DNA from: Vicugna vicugna
Lineage: Eukaryota
DNA length: 64,000 bases
Direction: 5' to 3'
NCBI GenBank assembly: GCA_013265495.1
Contig: MU058636.1
Location: 4,189,741-4,253,740, forward strand
The notes beneath the pieces were generated by a model. It saw only the letters and a list, made by a program, of their open reading frames with translations. It was not told the DNA's origin and did no database searches. Position numbers and translations under genes: made by a program. Shown in pieces: positions 38,435-51,954 of this stretch; position 1 is the stretch's first letter; every line of letters begins with the position of its first letter.

Positions 38435-40003
38435 GTTTCTCTCACTACTGGACCATTCCCACCAGCAAACACACCTATTTTATTACTGACCAACTTAAAA
38501 ACAATCCTTTAACCCAAACATCCACCTCAAGCTCCTAAATCATTTCTCTGCTCCTCTTCATAGTAAATTTTCTTCAAAGATCTGTTGATACTTGCTTTAT
38601 CCCCTGAATCTATTCCAATCAGGATTTTGCCTTTACCATTTCACCAACATTCACGGCCTCACTACTGTCAAATCCACGGATCAATTATCACTCAAGTGAT
38701 ACAACCCAGTAGCAGTATCTGAAACAAGTGCTAACTTTCCCCTCCTTGACTTGTTTTTTCTTTTTGACTTCTAGAACACACTCTGTCTCAATCCTATTTT
38801 ACTGGCCAGTCCTTCTCACTCTCCTTTGCTGAATGTATCCTTGTCACCTTCCTGCCATCTGAACACTGGAGTGCCCTAGGGCTCACTCTCCAAACCTCTT
38901 TTTTAATATACTTACATAGATAAAATCAGCTGGTCTTATGACTTTAAATGTTATCTAGGTGGTGATGGCATTAGCCCAGTCCACCATCTACGTGACATCT
39001 CTACTTACAGCTTCTACTTTCCTGGACTAATTCTGATTCTCCCCCAGTCTTGGATTCATCCAGTCTCCTCTTTTTTACACCCATATCCACACTATCAGCA
39101 GATAACATTTGACTTGACCTTCAAAAATCCCCAAATCTTTCCATTCTCCTCACCTGCCTCTCTCACTCCCAGGTCCAAGCCCACCACCTTGCATCTCACC
39201 AGTTATTTACAATATCCAACTGGGCTGCCCCATCACTTCCTGTCCTCATCCTCTCTTGCTCTCTCCTGTGGTCCTTTCCCAGAAGCATCTCAGTGATCTT
39301 TGTAAAGGTTAAGTCAAATCGTGTCTTTACTCCTCTGCTTAAACATTTAGAAATCTTCCCAGTACACAGAGCTTAAATCTATCCTGCAGTTAAGTCTGGA
39401 CACACATTTGAGTCTGCTAATTAAGATGGAGGCAGAATTGACACAGAGGCTATCCAGCAGCTTCCCTAACTGCTGTTGGTGGCAAGCACCATCGTGAACA
39501 GTGTGTGTGGTTTTATTTGTTGTTGTTGTTGTTTTCTGCAGCAGCATCCCAGTGTCCAGGAGCCAGCTTGCTGGATGTAGACAGGCAGGTGCAGAAGTAG
39601 CAACTTCTTGATCCCGGATCATCTGCTTTGTGCTCCAAAGTAAAGCAGATGCTGTGCAAGCCTGATTCCCTACCTTCCTGATCCTGGCAGAATAGTAGCT
39701 TCCATGGCATGCCCTCCTCAGGGAGTTTTTCTGGAAGATTTTCCCAGAGATCCATTAAGAAACCATTCCTCCAACTCTTCTAAAGATTTTGCAGGCACTA
39801 AATTCATTTAATTATATCCTTTTCTTTTTCAGTTAGCTAGAGGTTTCCATTCTCTCATACGAACAAATATGCCATCACACCAGAATCAATTCCCAAGTCT
39901 TCACTCTCACCCATGAAAACCAATGTGCTCTCCTGCCCTGTTACCTCTCTGGTCTAAGACCTTCTACTGTCCTTCTTGCTCATTCTACTCCAGAAACACA
40001 GGC
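38435..40003 (+). mobile_element. L2 fragment interrupted by an LTR33-like element
   Basis: ctggaccattcccaccagca, ctggagtgccctagggctca, gtccaagcccaccacc; resumes at ~39880 (cttgctcattctactccag). Confidence 0.7.
39350..39865 (+). mobile_element. LTR33-like ERVL LTR
   Basis: ttctgcagcagcatcccagtgtcc, cctgattccctaccttcctgat, tagctagaggtttc. Confidence 0.6.
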
Positions 40004-41132
40004 ACAGAAATAAACATACCGTTAAAAGAAAACAGAAAAGAAAGTGAAGGTAACAGCTGCTGAGTTGCATTCTCAGTCATTGTGTGTGATCACTGACAAA
40101 TATATTTGCACTGCCCAGAACAATAAGGTAAAATACGAAATACAACAGCATTCAAATGCACTTCTAATCCTAAAGAAAGATTCTGAAAGGCTGCTTATTC
40201 TTAGTGATTCTCTGGATTTGTTCCAGCTTCTCAGAGTCCTTATTTATCTGCTCAGTCAGCATGGAATTCAAGATTATCATTTCTATGATAGGAATACTCA
40301 ATTTACATGGTATCGATGTTTTTTCCCCTTGTGGGTTATTCAAGTTAATTCAATAAAAAGTAAAAAGAAAAAAAGTTTAGGGTTTTTTTCCCACATGAAT
40401 TGCTGTTAAGGCTTGTGTCCCTCAGTCTATGTTTATGTTGCCGATACTTGTATTTAGATTTGAATTTATACAATTTCAAAACACTACCTGATGCCCTCCA
40501 AAGGGCCAATCTACATGGATTTTATGAATTCTGAATCTCATTTTGGGCATTAGCTGTGAAGTTTACCATTGCTCAGCCAATTCAATTATTTTAGCTGCCT
40601 ATGCTCTTAGAGCTAAATTCCATAATCTAAAATCTGTAAATATGTCCAAACAACCAAAAATCGATATACTGAAACCTGACATCATGGGGAATTTAAAAAG
40701 CTACATTCATTTATTCCCTAATTAATAATGAACTCTAGTATCCTGAATTGTAAACTATATGTATGTATGTACATATTTATTTTTAAATTTGTGTTTGAGA
40801 TCCAAGAACAAAAACACATATTTTAGGGGGTTTAGAGTTTAGGTGGGTAGTCCATACTGTCTCACACCTCTGGACTTTATTGTTTTTATTTTTGTTTTTA
40901 TGTAAGGGAGACAGAAAGCCTTACGTGGTTTAAATTACTGTTACTTTGGAATTTCTTATGACTCCAAAGTTGAACGTAGTCCTAACACACAAAATGTTCA
41001 AGATTAAAGTTTAAAGATTTCTAAAGTGAACCATTGTCAGGATGTCCAGGCTCTGGCTGTAAGAATTTCAAAAAATATAAGCATATATCTGACTACTGAA
41101 AAGTTTTAAATTATATTATATTAAAATCTATG

Positions 41133-41187
41133 GAAATTGACACAACATTGTAAATTGACTGTAACTCAATAAAATTAAAAACTAAAA
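41133..41187 (+). mobile_element. Extremely 5'-truncated young L1 (3' tip plus A tail)
   Basis: gaaattgacacaacattgtaaattgactgtaactcaataaaa matches the L1 ends at 47770, 57070 and 60362; TSD taaaatctatg/taaaatccatg. Confidence 0.85.
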
Positions 41188-41279
41188 TAAAATCCATGTC
41201 CCAATAGCTTTAGATAATTGCCTTAATCCTTTCCTAATATCTCATGCCAAATAAGATTAGTTTTATTATTTTCTCTCAG

Positions 41280-41900
41280 GACATTTGAAAGCAGCAGTTG
41301 TTGCTCCAAGTTATCGTCTTTACAGGCTGCACAGCCCCTGTTCTATCAATCTCTCGGAGTGGCAAAGCTTTGCATTTCTGCACCATCCTGGATACTGTCC
41401 TCTGAACATGGTCTAGTGTGTCCATTTCTTTCTTTAAGTACGAGGTCTAGACCTGAACACAGGGCACAGGTGGGTCCGAGCAGGCTTGCATCGCCTTCAC
41501 TCCACATGATATGCTTCTATTATCACTATATTACCTATTCCAGCAGAGTCATCACATTTTCCATTCACATGAAACTCTGTTTTGACTGGAATACATGAAT
41601 TTTCCACCCAAGCTGCTGTTAAAGCCACATCTTCCCTAAACTCTACTTGTGTAGTTTTGATATTTTCTCAAATACAAGTGCACAGCCTTACAAAGCTAGC
41701 CCCTTTAAATCCCACCCTGTAAAGTCTGACTCACTGCTTCAGCCCATGGAGATTTCTGGAAATCTAACTCTAGCACCCATCCCCTCTTATGAAGCGTTGT
41801 ATTATTGCACTTTTGATAAGCCTCCTCTGGTTCTTCATCTAAATTTCTGATAAAAAGATTAAACAAGGCACCTTGTTCTCAAGCAAGGGCCTTCCTCTCA
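41280..41900 (-). mobile_element. L3/CR1 LINE remnant
   Basis: tgtccatttctttctttaagt...ctgaacacag...atgcttctatta...gataagcctcctctggttcttcatctaaa...gataaaaagattaaacaag. Confidence 0.55.
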
Positions 41901-42059
41901 GCTGCCATTCAAACTACTCATCAGAGTTTGGAGACTATAATTCACAGCAAATTATTTTTCTCACGATTGGATTCAACATTTCTTAGCCCAAGAAAAGGAA
42001 AGCTTAAGAAAGATTCTTAAAAATAAATCACTTGGCCACTCAAGGCTGGAGTTGCTGGT

Positions 42060-42421
42060 TGTTATGGCCTAAATGTTTGCATGTCCCCAAAATTCATATG
42101 TTGAAGCCCCAACCCAAATGTGACAGTATTTGGAGGTAGGGCCTCTAGAAGGTAATCAGGTCTAGATGAGGTCATGAGGATGGAGATGCCATGATTAGAT
42201 TAGCACCCTTATAGTAAGAGGAAGGGACACCAAAGCTTTATCTCCCATGTGCAAATACAGAAAGAAGGCAAATGCCTGCAAACCAGGAAGAGTCCTCACA
42301 AAAAAATCAACTCTTCTGGCACCTTGATCTTGGACTTCCCAGTCTCCAGAAGCATGAGAAATGCCTGTTGTTTAAACCTAGCCTCTGGTATTTGTTATAG
42401 CAGCCCAAGCCAACTAACACA
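42060..42421 (+). mobile_element. MLT1A-like solo LTR
   Basis: tgttatgg...aaattcatatgttgaagcc...accttgatcttggacttcccag...ctaacaca. Confidence 0.9.
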
Positions 42422-43569
42422 ATGGATTTCCAGCCAGTGACCTTTTCAAAGCTCCTGTAGTTCACTATTATCAAAGTGCTGATGTGTCCAGCTCAAGCTG
42501 GGTCCCCTTACTTGTGACAATGACGTATGTCTTGAGTCAGGGTACTGAATCACATGCCTAAATCTTGCCAGAGGCCACTGGAACATGAGCCCATGTGGAG
42601 CAGGTGGTCATAAATGCCTATCCTATTTTAAGGTATTACTTTGGAACTGTGTTGCTGATCACATGACTATGCCCAAAAGTTTTGTCTCTTCATTTATAAG
42701 CCATGTGGATTTGGATTCTTATTCCTACTTTGTATTTCTGCCAAGGCAGAGAACCCAACTTTAGCCATGTTTTGAAGGGTATGGAATTTGTTTCATTAGG
42801 CTCTGTAATGGAAAACTATTTGAAATTTACACAAGTCACTGTAAGTTTTTTAAGACCTTGTTCCTTCTGGTTGGACAGACCAGATGTTAATTTTTGTCCC
42901 CAGATGACATATTCATAAAGAAAAACAGCTGACTTTTCAAAGGCACTCATTCTACTCAAGCAGTCTTGTCTTTTAAAATGCTAGGAGTGTTAGACTTTCT
43001 TATTTTGACATTGGTACAACAGGGAACAAATCTAGTTTCATGCACAGAGGGCTTGAATCCGTGGAGACTCCAATGGTGTACGCGGTACTGATGACAGGGT
43101 GATGATCTTACTTTCTTCACTGGCTCTTAGGGACATTCAGGCAAAAGAAGGGTAAGCGGAACGAAAACTACGAGTTTCATAAGAATATATATTGGTTCTA
43201 TGCCCTCAAGAAACAGCTGAGGTCTTCCAAGATCCAGAAACTCATCCTCTGACTGTATCCCTACTCTGGAGCCCTCAAGACAGGTGGGAAAGTGGCTCAA
43301 GGAAGGAAGAGGTAGGCAGGAGATTCTCCAATCTGGAGAAGACCTCAGCTGTGGAGATGCAATCTGGTACCAACTATGATCTAAGCCCGAGGCTAGGCCA
43401 GGCAGAACTTTTTAGTTCGGGGCTTGTAACTCTCTCGTCATCTCATGGTGAGATTTTCTCAGCTCACTCATATCCTATAGTCTCCCAGTAAAGCCTGGGT
43501 GTGTCTGTACTTCACATTGTACTTCCCAAGCCAGTCAGAAGAATGTTTACCTTTTTATTTCTGGTTCAA

Positions 43570-43800
43570 CTGCTATTACGTGTCAGGCACATAGATTTAC
43601 AAAAAATGATCACATTTAACAAAAGCCCTCTAAGGTAGCTATGATACATTATTATTCACATTCTGCAGAGGCAGGATGTGAAGGTTATATTGGTTAATCA
43701 ATCTTCTTAAAATTACACAACTAGAAGCAGATGAGCCAGAATTTGGAGCCAGGTCTGCCTGACCCCAAATCCTAGTTTCTTTCACTACACACTGCTTCCA
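43570..43800 (-). mobile_element. MIR (MIRb-like)
   Basis: acacaactagaag...gagccagaatttggagccaggtctgcctgacccca. Confidence 0.75.
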
Positions 43801-44799
43801 CTTGCTCCAAGCAGCAGGCTTCTTCCATTTCAACTTTGTTCGTGGACTCTGGGGGGTCAGAGCAACCTTGAGAGGGAGACAGACAGCCTGAAATATCTGT
43901 CTGGTCCTGCTTAGCATTTCTTTCTGACTCATGTATGCTTGCTTCTGAACCTGCTCCATAATTCAACTATTTCAAGTTCTGTAATTTCTGAGCTTTGACT
44001 CCAATCTGACCTGGGTATGGATCCTGCTAACAAAGAGACTATTTGTTCCACTTCAAGGGAAATACTACCAAATTCTTTCTGGTTCATATACCATTTGTAG
44101 TTATTTGTGGCCACTGGCTTGATCACCAGTATGCTGGTCACAGGTAAGTGACCCCAACTCACTTAGAGAATGCCAAGACCAAGGACAATTGGGATGAATG
44201 TGTGACACAGGTTGGAAGTTCAAACAGAGGCATTATATTAATTCACCTTTCTCATGGCATATCTATATTTTGTTCTGAAGAACAAGGAGTTCCTTCTGAC
44301 AGAATCATATAGACAAGCATTAATTACTGGAGTTGGACTCTAGGAATAAAAACAGAAAAACCAAGTGTTGAAAAAGGAAGTATCTCTAAGAGGCTCAGCT
44401 AAGCCAAAGGGCTCTGCCCACCAAGGAGATGGGTTTCCATTTAGTCTAAAAGTAGCCTTCCTATCTTAGTGATTCTGCTGTTCCTGTCAAATTTCCTCTG
44501 GCTTAGAACTGCATATTTTTCCATTGTCAAAATCCATTTTAAACATTAAGCGAAAAAATTGTGGATTCTCAAAAACCTTTCTAATAGATGAAGACCAGAA
44601 GTTTCACGAAAGGATACGTTGTTATTGGTTATATTCAAATGGTATCAAAATATAAAGTGGGAAATGTGGAAAGAAAATCTTGTATGTGTTTTGAATTTGA
44701 AACCTACAAAGCAGATCTAGCACAATCAATCAGATAATACAAGAAAATTAGCCCACCTTTTCATTGTCCTGATTGAAAATATGAAAAAAATCCAAATTT

Positions 44800-45213
44800 A
44801 GTAACAGTCAGTTTGCTAGGGCTGCCATAACAAAATACTACAAATTTAATGACTTGAATAACATAAGTGTATTGTCTTACAGTTCTGGAGGCTTAAAGTC
44901 TGAAATCAAGGTGTCAGCAGGGTTGGCTCCCTCAAGGATTGGGAGGGAGGGATCTGTTCCAGGTCTCTCTCTTTGGCTTGTAGATGGCACTTTTCTTCCT
45001 TTGTCTTCACATTGTCTTGCCTCTTTATGTCCACATATCCCCCTTTTTAAGGACACCAGTCATATTGGATTAGAATTCATCAAAATGACTTCATTTTTAC
45101 TTGATTACCTCTGTAAAGACTGTATCTCCAAATAACATCACATTCTGAAGTTAACTGGGGGTTAAAACTTCAACATAAGAATTTTGGGGGAACCCACAAT
45201 TCAATCCATAACA
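44800..45213 (-). mobile_element. MLT1B/C-like solo LTR
   Basis: ctagggctgccataacaaaatac, cagttctggaggc, aaggacaccagtcatattggatt, cacaattcaatccataaca. Confidence 0.88.
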
Positions 45214-45514
45214 ATCTTTTATAATATCTTTAAAGTTCTGTCTCATCTACATTTGCGTTGTAATTCCTTTGTGATTTCTTCTATTTGCTATACTTTCACT
45301 TTACATGATTAGATTTATAAAAAAATTCAACCTTTTTTTTTCAAAGAAATCTTGGATTAATCAACTCTACTGTTCCTACATTATTTATTTATAAATTCAT
45401 TTTATTATTGATTTATTAATAATTTTCTTATTAAATTTCATTCTTTTGTTCTTATAATAAAAATATTCAAGGCTATGAATTTATTTCTAATTACAATTTA
45501 GGCAATAAGTATCT

Positions 45515-45645
45515 GATTAAACCATGAGCTCAGGAGCCACTGAGTTCAAATTTTGACTCTGCCACTAATCTCATAAGGTCATTGTAAAAATTAAATAAGG
45601 TATTTGAGCAGTTCCTGGTACACGATCAGTATCCAACAATTAGTT
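45515..45645 (+). mobile_element. MIR fragment
   Basis: ctgagttcaaattttgactctgccacta...ctcataaggtcattgtaaaaattaaata. Confidence 0.6.
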
Positions 45646-45679
45646 TACAAGGGTAGGAGCAATGACAGTGGTATTAGCT

Positions 45680-48600
45680 ATCACCCAGCCCCATCCACCA
45701 ACAAGTTAGCACCAGTCCTGGGATGCCCCAGGCCAGGTAGCTTGCCTGGTGGGGACACAGTCTAAACTACCAGCAGGCCAGTTGCCATAGGACCCCCTTG
45801 GTCCCTAGCCCTGGGACCAGGACCCAACCAACAGCAGGCCAGCATTAGCCCCAGGATCCAGCCTCACACACTAATGGGAGGGCACCAGCCCTGGGACCCC
45901 TTGGCCTCCAAGCCTCCAACACCAGCAGGCTGACATCAGGCCCAGGACCACCATGGCCCTGCAGTCAGAATCTAGCCCAACCCACCAGGCGGCCATCACC
46001 AGCTCCAGGTCACCCCAGACTCTGTAGTCAGCTGTGTGAGGAACCAGCCCCACTTACCAGGAGGCCAACACCAGCCCTGAAAACCCACTGGGCCATGGCC
46101 TTGCCCATCAACAGGTCAACACTAACTCTGGGACCCTTAACCCCACCAAGGCCTGGCTCCACCCACCAGTGGGCCAGCACTAGCCCTGGGACCCCTTGAG
46201 GCATAGAAATAAAAACAGCAAGTTAGGCAAAATGAGGCAACAGAGAAGTATGTTCCAAATGAATAAAGAATATAAAACCCAGAAAAACAACTAAGTGAAG
46301 TAGAGAAAAGCAATCTACTTGATAAAGAGTTTAAGGTGATGATGCTCAAAACTCAGGAGAAGAATGGATGAACAGAATGTTAGAAGTTTTCAACAAAAAG
46401 TTAGAAAATATAAAGAATGACCAAAAGAGCTGAAGAATACAATAACTAAAATAAAAATAAATAAAAAATACACTAGAAAAAATCAACAGATTATATGATA
46501 CAGAGGAATAGATAAGCAAGCTGGAAGACAGAGGAGTGGAAATCACTCAAGCTGAGTAGAAAAAAAGAAAAAAAAGAATGAAAAGAAATGAGGATAGTTT
46601 AAGAGATCTCTGGGACAAAACCAAGTGTAGTAATACATTACAGGGGTCCCAGGAGGAGAAGTGAGAGAAAAGGGGCAGAGAACATATTTGAAGACATACT
46701 AGCTGAAATCTTCCCTAACCTGGGAAAGAACATGAACATCCAGACCTAGGAAACACTGAGAGTCCCAAATAGGATCACACTGAAGAGGACCACATCAAGA
46801 TATACTGTAGTTAAGATGGCAAAAATTAAAGATAAAGAAAGAATATTAAAAGCAGAAAGGGAAAAGCAACAGCTATATACAAGGGAACTCCCATAAGGCA
46901 ATCTGCTGAATTTTCTGCAGAAATTCTGTACACCAGAATGGGGTAGTACAATATATTTCAAATGATGAAAGGGAAAAACCTACAACCCTACCTGGCAAAG
47001 GGCTTTCATTTAGACTTGAATGAGAGATCACAAGTATTACAGACAAGCAAGAGATAAGAGTTTAGCACCATGAAATCAGCTTTATATGAAATGCTAAAGG
47101 GAATTCTTTAAGCAGGGAAGAAAAGGCCACAACTCACTGAAAAATCTCACTGGTAAAGGCAAATATGCAGTCAAGGCAGTTGATCAACCACTTGTAAAGC
47201 TAGGAAGATTAAAGACAAAAGTAGTAAAATCATCTACACCCACAACAAGTGATTAAGGGATACACAAAACAAAAAACCATCTTAAAAACAAAAATGTGTG
47301 TGGGTGGCGGGGGGAGTAAAAAATGCAGAGTTAATAACATAATAAAATAATGCCATTTGCAGCAACACGGGTGGACCTGGAGATAATCATTTTAAGTGGA
47401 GTAAGCCAGAAAGAGAAAGAAAAATACCATATGATATCACTTATATGTGGAATCTAAAAAAAAAAACGACAAATGAACTTATTTACAAAACAGAAACAGA
47501 CTCACAGAAATAGAAAACAAACTTATGGTTATGGTGGGGAGGGGAAGGTGGAGGGATAAAGAGAGAGTTCAGGATTTGCAAATACTAACTACTATACATA
47601 AAACAGATAAACACCAAGGTTCTATTGCATAGCAATAGGAACTATATTCAATACCTTGTAACAGGCTATAACAAAAAAGAATATGAAAGGAATGTATATA
47701 TATATATATATAACTGGAATATATATATAAAGAAATATATATAAAAAACTGAATCACTATGCTGTACACCAGAAATTAACACATTGTACATCGACTACAC
47801 TTCTATAAAAAAATAAAGACTTATGATGTTAAGCATCACAGAAAAATGGAAAAAAAATGAAACTAAGAGCTGATTCTTCAAAAAAATAAACAAAATTGAT
47901 AAACCTTTGGCCCAAATAGAATCAGAAGTGAAAAACAAGTTATAAAACCAACACTCAGAAATATAAAACATCATAAAAGATTACTATGAATAATTAATAT
48001 GCCGATAAAATGGAAAACCTAGAAGAAATGGATAGATTCCAAGAAAAGTATAATCTCTCAAAAGTGAATCAAAAATAAATAGACAATACAAACAGACCAA
48101 TTACCAGTAATGAAATTGAATTTGTAGTAAAAAAAAAAAATCACAACAAACCAAAGTCAGTAAAATTTCAGAAATCTGTTTTGTTTCTGTACACAACAGC
48201 AAACTATCATAAAGAAAAATTAAGGAAACAATCCCATTCACAATCACATCAAAAAGACTAAAATTCCTGGGAATAAATCTAACTAAGGAGGTAAAAGACC
48301 TGTACTTGGAAAACTGTAAGACACTGATGAAAGAAGTGGAAGACGACTCAAACAGTTGGAAAGATATACTGTGACCACAAACTGGAAAAATTAATATTAC
48401 TAAAATGACCATACTGCCCAAGGTGATTGACAGATTCAGTGCAATTCATATCAAAATACTAATGGCATTTTTCACAGAGTAATTCTAAAATTTGTAAGAA
48501 AACACAAAAGACCCACAATAGCAACAACAACAACAAAAAAATCGCAAGAAAGAACAAAACAGGAGGTATCACATGCTCTGATTCCAAACTCTACTACAAA

Positions 48601-49645
48601 GCTACAGCTATCAAAACAGTATGCTAATGGCACAAAACAGACACACAGATCAATGGAACAGAATTGAGAGCCCAGAAATAAAACCACACTTACATGGGCA
48701 ACTTATCTAAGACAAGGGGGCAAGAATATACAGTGAGGAAAGACAGCCTCTTTAATAAATGGTGTTGGGAAAAATGGACAGCTACATGCAAAAGGATCAA
48801 ATCGGACTACTTTCGCACACCATATGCAAAAAAAAATTCAAAATGGATTAAAGACTTAAATGTAAAACCAGGACCATAAAATTTCTAGAAGAAAACATAG
48901 GCAGCACATTCTCTGACATTTGTCTTAGCAGTTCTTTTTGGATATGTCTCCTCAGATGAGGGAATCAAAAGCAAAAATAAACAAATGGGAGTACATCAAA
49001 CTAAAAACCTTTTGCACAGCAAAGGAAACTATCAATGAAACAGAAAGGCCACTTACTGAATGGAAGAAGATAATTGTAAACAATATATCCCCAACATACA
49101 AATAACTCATACAACTAATCATCAAAAAACAGATGACCCAATCAAAAAATGGGTAGAGGACCTGAATAGACATTTTTCCAAGGAAGACATACAGATGGCC
49201 AACAGGTACATGAAAAGATGCTCAACATCATTAATCATCAGAGAAATGAAAATCAAAACCACAATGAGGTATCACTGCTCACCTGTCAGAATGGCTATAA
49301 TCAAAAAGGTAACAAATGTTGATGTCAAGTATGCATGGAAAAGGGAACCCTTGTACACTGTTGGTGGAAATTTAAACACTATGGAAAACAGTAAGGAAAG
49401 TCCTCAAAATATTAAAAACAAAATTATCATACAATCCAGCAATTCCATTTCTGGGTATTTATCTGAAGAAAACAAAAACACAAATTTGAAAAGATATATG
49501 AATGTCTATGTTCACTGCACCATTATTTGTGACAGCAAAGATATAGAAGCAACCTAAGTGTCCATCAACAGATGAATGGATAAAAAAGACGTGGTGACTA
49601 TGTAATTACATTACAGTGAGCATTGTGGTGATACACACAGAAAAA
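45680..49645 (+). mobile_element. Rearranged L1: tandem-repeat 5' UTR, decayed ORF1 (~46233-47111), ORF2 with large internal deletions, 3' truncated
   Basis: GC-rich repeated units cccaccagcaggccagcaccagccctgggaccc; ORF1 start aaaatgaggcaacag; ORF2 peptides [13 protein letters not shown]...[11 protein letters not shown] and [33 protein letters not shown] (ORF track 48694, 49060). Confidence 0.92.
47340..47816 (+). mobile_element. Younger camelid-type L1 3' end nested in the older L1
   Basis: aataaaataatgccatttgcagcaac...aatgaacttatttacaaaacagaaacagactcacag...poly(A). Confidence 0.9.
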
Positions 49646-51954
49646 CCCATGGGGGTGCCTAAACCTCAATGTTAATTATATTACAGTGAGCACTGGGTCA
49701 CGGCAGTGGTCCTTCTCACTACCGCACAGTTGCGGCCGTTGGGTTCTAACCAGTGTCTTGCTGGCACTCATTTAGAGAAAGTAAAGCTCCTTTATGTTGG
49801 AGAGGAGCCTAACACCGTCTTCCAGACCGTCCTCCCTCTCCTCCACCGATCTGCCCAGTGCTCCTATTTATCTAACTACCTAACAGGAGCAGGGACATAT
49901 ACTAAGGTGAAAAATCTGAGGTTTTATGGCCTAGTGAGTTGTCAATAAAGCTGAGTAAGCAGTTTACCTCTATCGAGCTCCCTGCTTTTCTACACATGAT
50001 TACCTCCACGAAATTCTCCTCACTTTTGTATTGATTCAGTCCCCTGCATGGTTGCTAACTCCTTTCTGTTACTTTCCCAAGAGGGAAAAGAAAATCAATT
50101 CAGAGTAGCTGGAAGACATTCAGCTTTATTTAAAAGTGATCGATGGCAATAAATTTCATCTTTGTTATTCTCTGGTTCCAAGAAGCTGAGCTTCAAAAAG
50201 CTTTGCAAAAAAAGAAACAGATGGTAAAGAGAAATATAAGGTAATAGTTCCCTCAAGGGGAGGAGCTCAGGAGAGGTTTGTGGCTCATTCAAGGACATGT
50301 TCAGAATGCAAATGGGCAAAATAATCTGTGTGTTAGCACGGAGAAAAATTAACAGTGAAGCCAAGGAAACAGATTTTGACTATTGTTCACGTAATATGCA
50401 TATTTAAAAACTGAGATTCAGTCATGAGTCTTCAGTAAAAACAACCATGTTTGCTAAATGTATGTTCGACAGCCTGATAACTGCCTTGGAATCTTAGGAG
50501 ATGGGGGCTCTGGTTAGCATTTCTATACTACCAAAAGTAGACAGGAGGATATCTTGGGAAAGAAGATCAGAAACATGATGTATTTTGCATTTCTTACAGT
50601 TTTTCCTTTTTTCATACATGGCAAGAAATATACACTTTGCCATCAGCTAATGAATCCTTTTATTTTAATTTTATATATACATATATATGATTAAAAAGTG
50701 ATGCATTTAAGTTCTGAAATAAAAACCCCTAAATTTCAATCCAAAGGGGAAAAATTAACAATCTTAGGCAAGTTAAATTGAAGATTTCATACTAGGAAAT
50801 TAGGTCCACTCTCCTACACCAGTCTGTCATGACACCTGCTTGATTTAAATGCTTCAGGTGGGTGCTCTCTACCACTACTGGTAAGGCAGCTATCAGAGAA
50901 TGTTTGTCTCTGCCATGTGGAGTCACTGCACCTTGTGTATTCAGAAATGCAAATTTCTTTCCTTGTGTATGTTACTAATCAGGCCCTGGAAATGGAAACA
51001 ACTAAAACTGTTGGGGTTGGGTATAATTTACCTTTAGATGGAGAAGCTTTTCTCCTTCAGAGTCCTGTGACCAGGCATAGATGCATGTGAACAAGGAATG
51101 GTTTGCTCTTGGGTGCTTTTGAGAAGTGAGCTTTCTTGAGGGAAAGATTCTACAGTGAAATCTCCTGGAGCTGTGTGTGTGCAACAGATTGTGGCAAAAT
51201 CTTGCCCAACTGCTAATAATTCACAGAAGGTTCACAGGTTATAACATTGGAAAGGTCAGGGCTAAGGAGGAGTTCGTTTTGCTCATCAGTTTCACATGCC
51301 AGTGAGAACGGGGTATAAGCTCTTCGAGAGGGTGAAACAACACTAAGAATGACTCTCCCAAGCTTCTGGAAGGCAATCCAATCTACTTGGACAGGAAGGA
51401 ATAACCAACAAGGAAAAGAAGATGGAATAAACTCAGAGGGAATAAAGGGAAATCAAACAAAGGTGGAAGACTATGACATCTTCAAGAAAGAGAAGGCTCT
51501 CACTGTCTCATTATACCTCCAGGGCTATGCATCAGACATAAGGCTCTGTCCTCAAAGGTGATTAAGACCTCCAAAAGTAAAGCTGTGGTTTAAATAAAAT
51601 GGACTATTAAGAGATAAGGAGGACCTCTGTCACAGATGACAGAGAGGAGGAACAGATGAATCGGGCTGCTGATGACTCCAAGCAGATGGCTTCAAATAGC
51701 CTGGACTGGCTGGACAAGGGATCCGAGAGACTACTGGGCTCAATTTCCTCCTTTTATATGTGAGGAACTGAGGGACTCCTAGAGTCACATGAGCTGAGTG
51801 CTGTCAAACCCATATTCCCTTCAACCTTTCTAATTCTGCTCAACAGTCCTGCTTTGGTTTAACCACTGGACTCATGGGAGCACCTTTTAAGGTGTATGTA
51901 CCTCTGGGAAAGAATTACACACCTATCTGCAAGATATTCCTAAAGCATGTAAGA

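Noticed and set aside
44101..44143. Plus-strand mini-exon (ttgtAG ... cag|GTAAGT, 43 nt)
   Set aside because: Isolated, with a modest acceptor and no partner exons; compatible with chance.
45680..46200. CRISPR-like repeat-spacer array
   Set aside because: Units are degenerate and variable, sit directly upstream of L1 ORF1 in mammalian DNA, and there are no cas genes.
49060..49557. Longest ORF (165 aa)
   Set aside because: It is the C-terminal region of L1 ORF2p running out of frame, inside a deleted and truncated L1.
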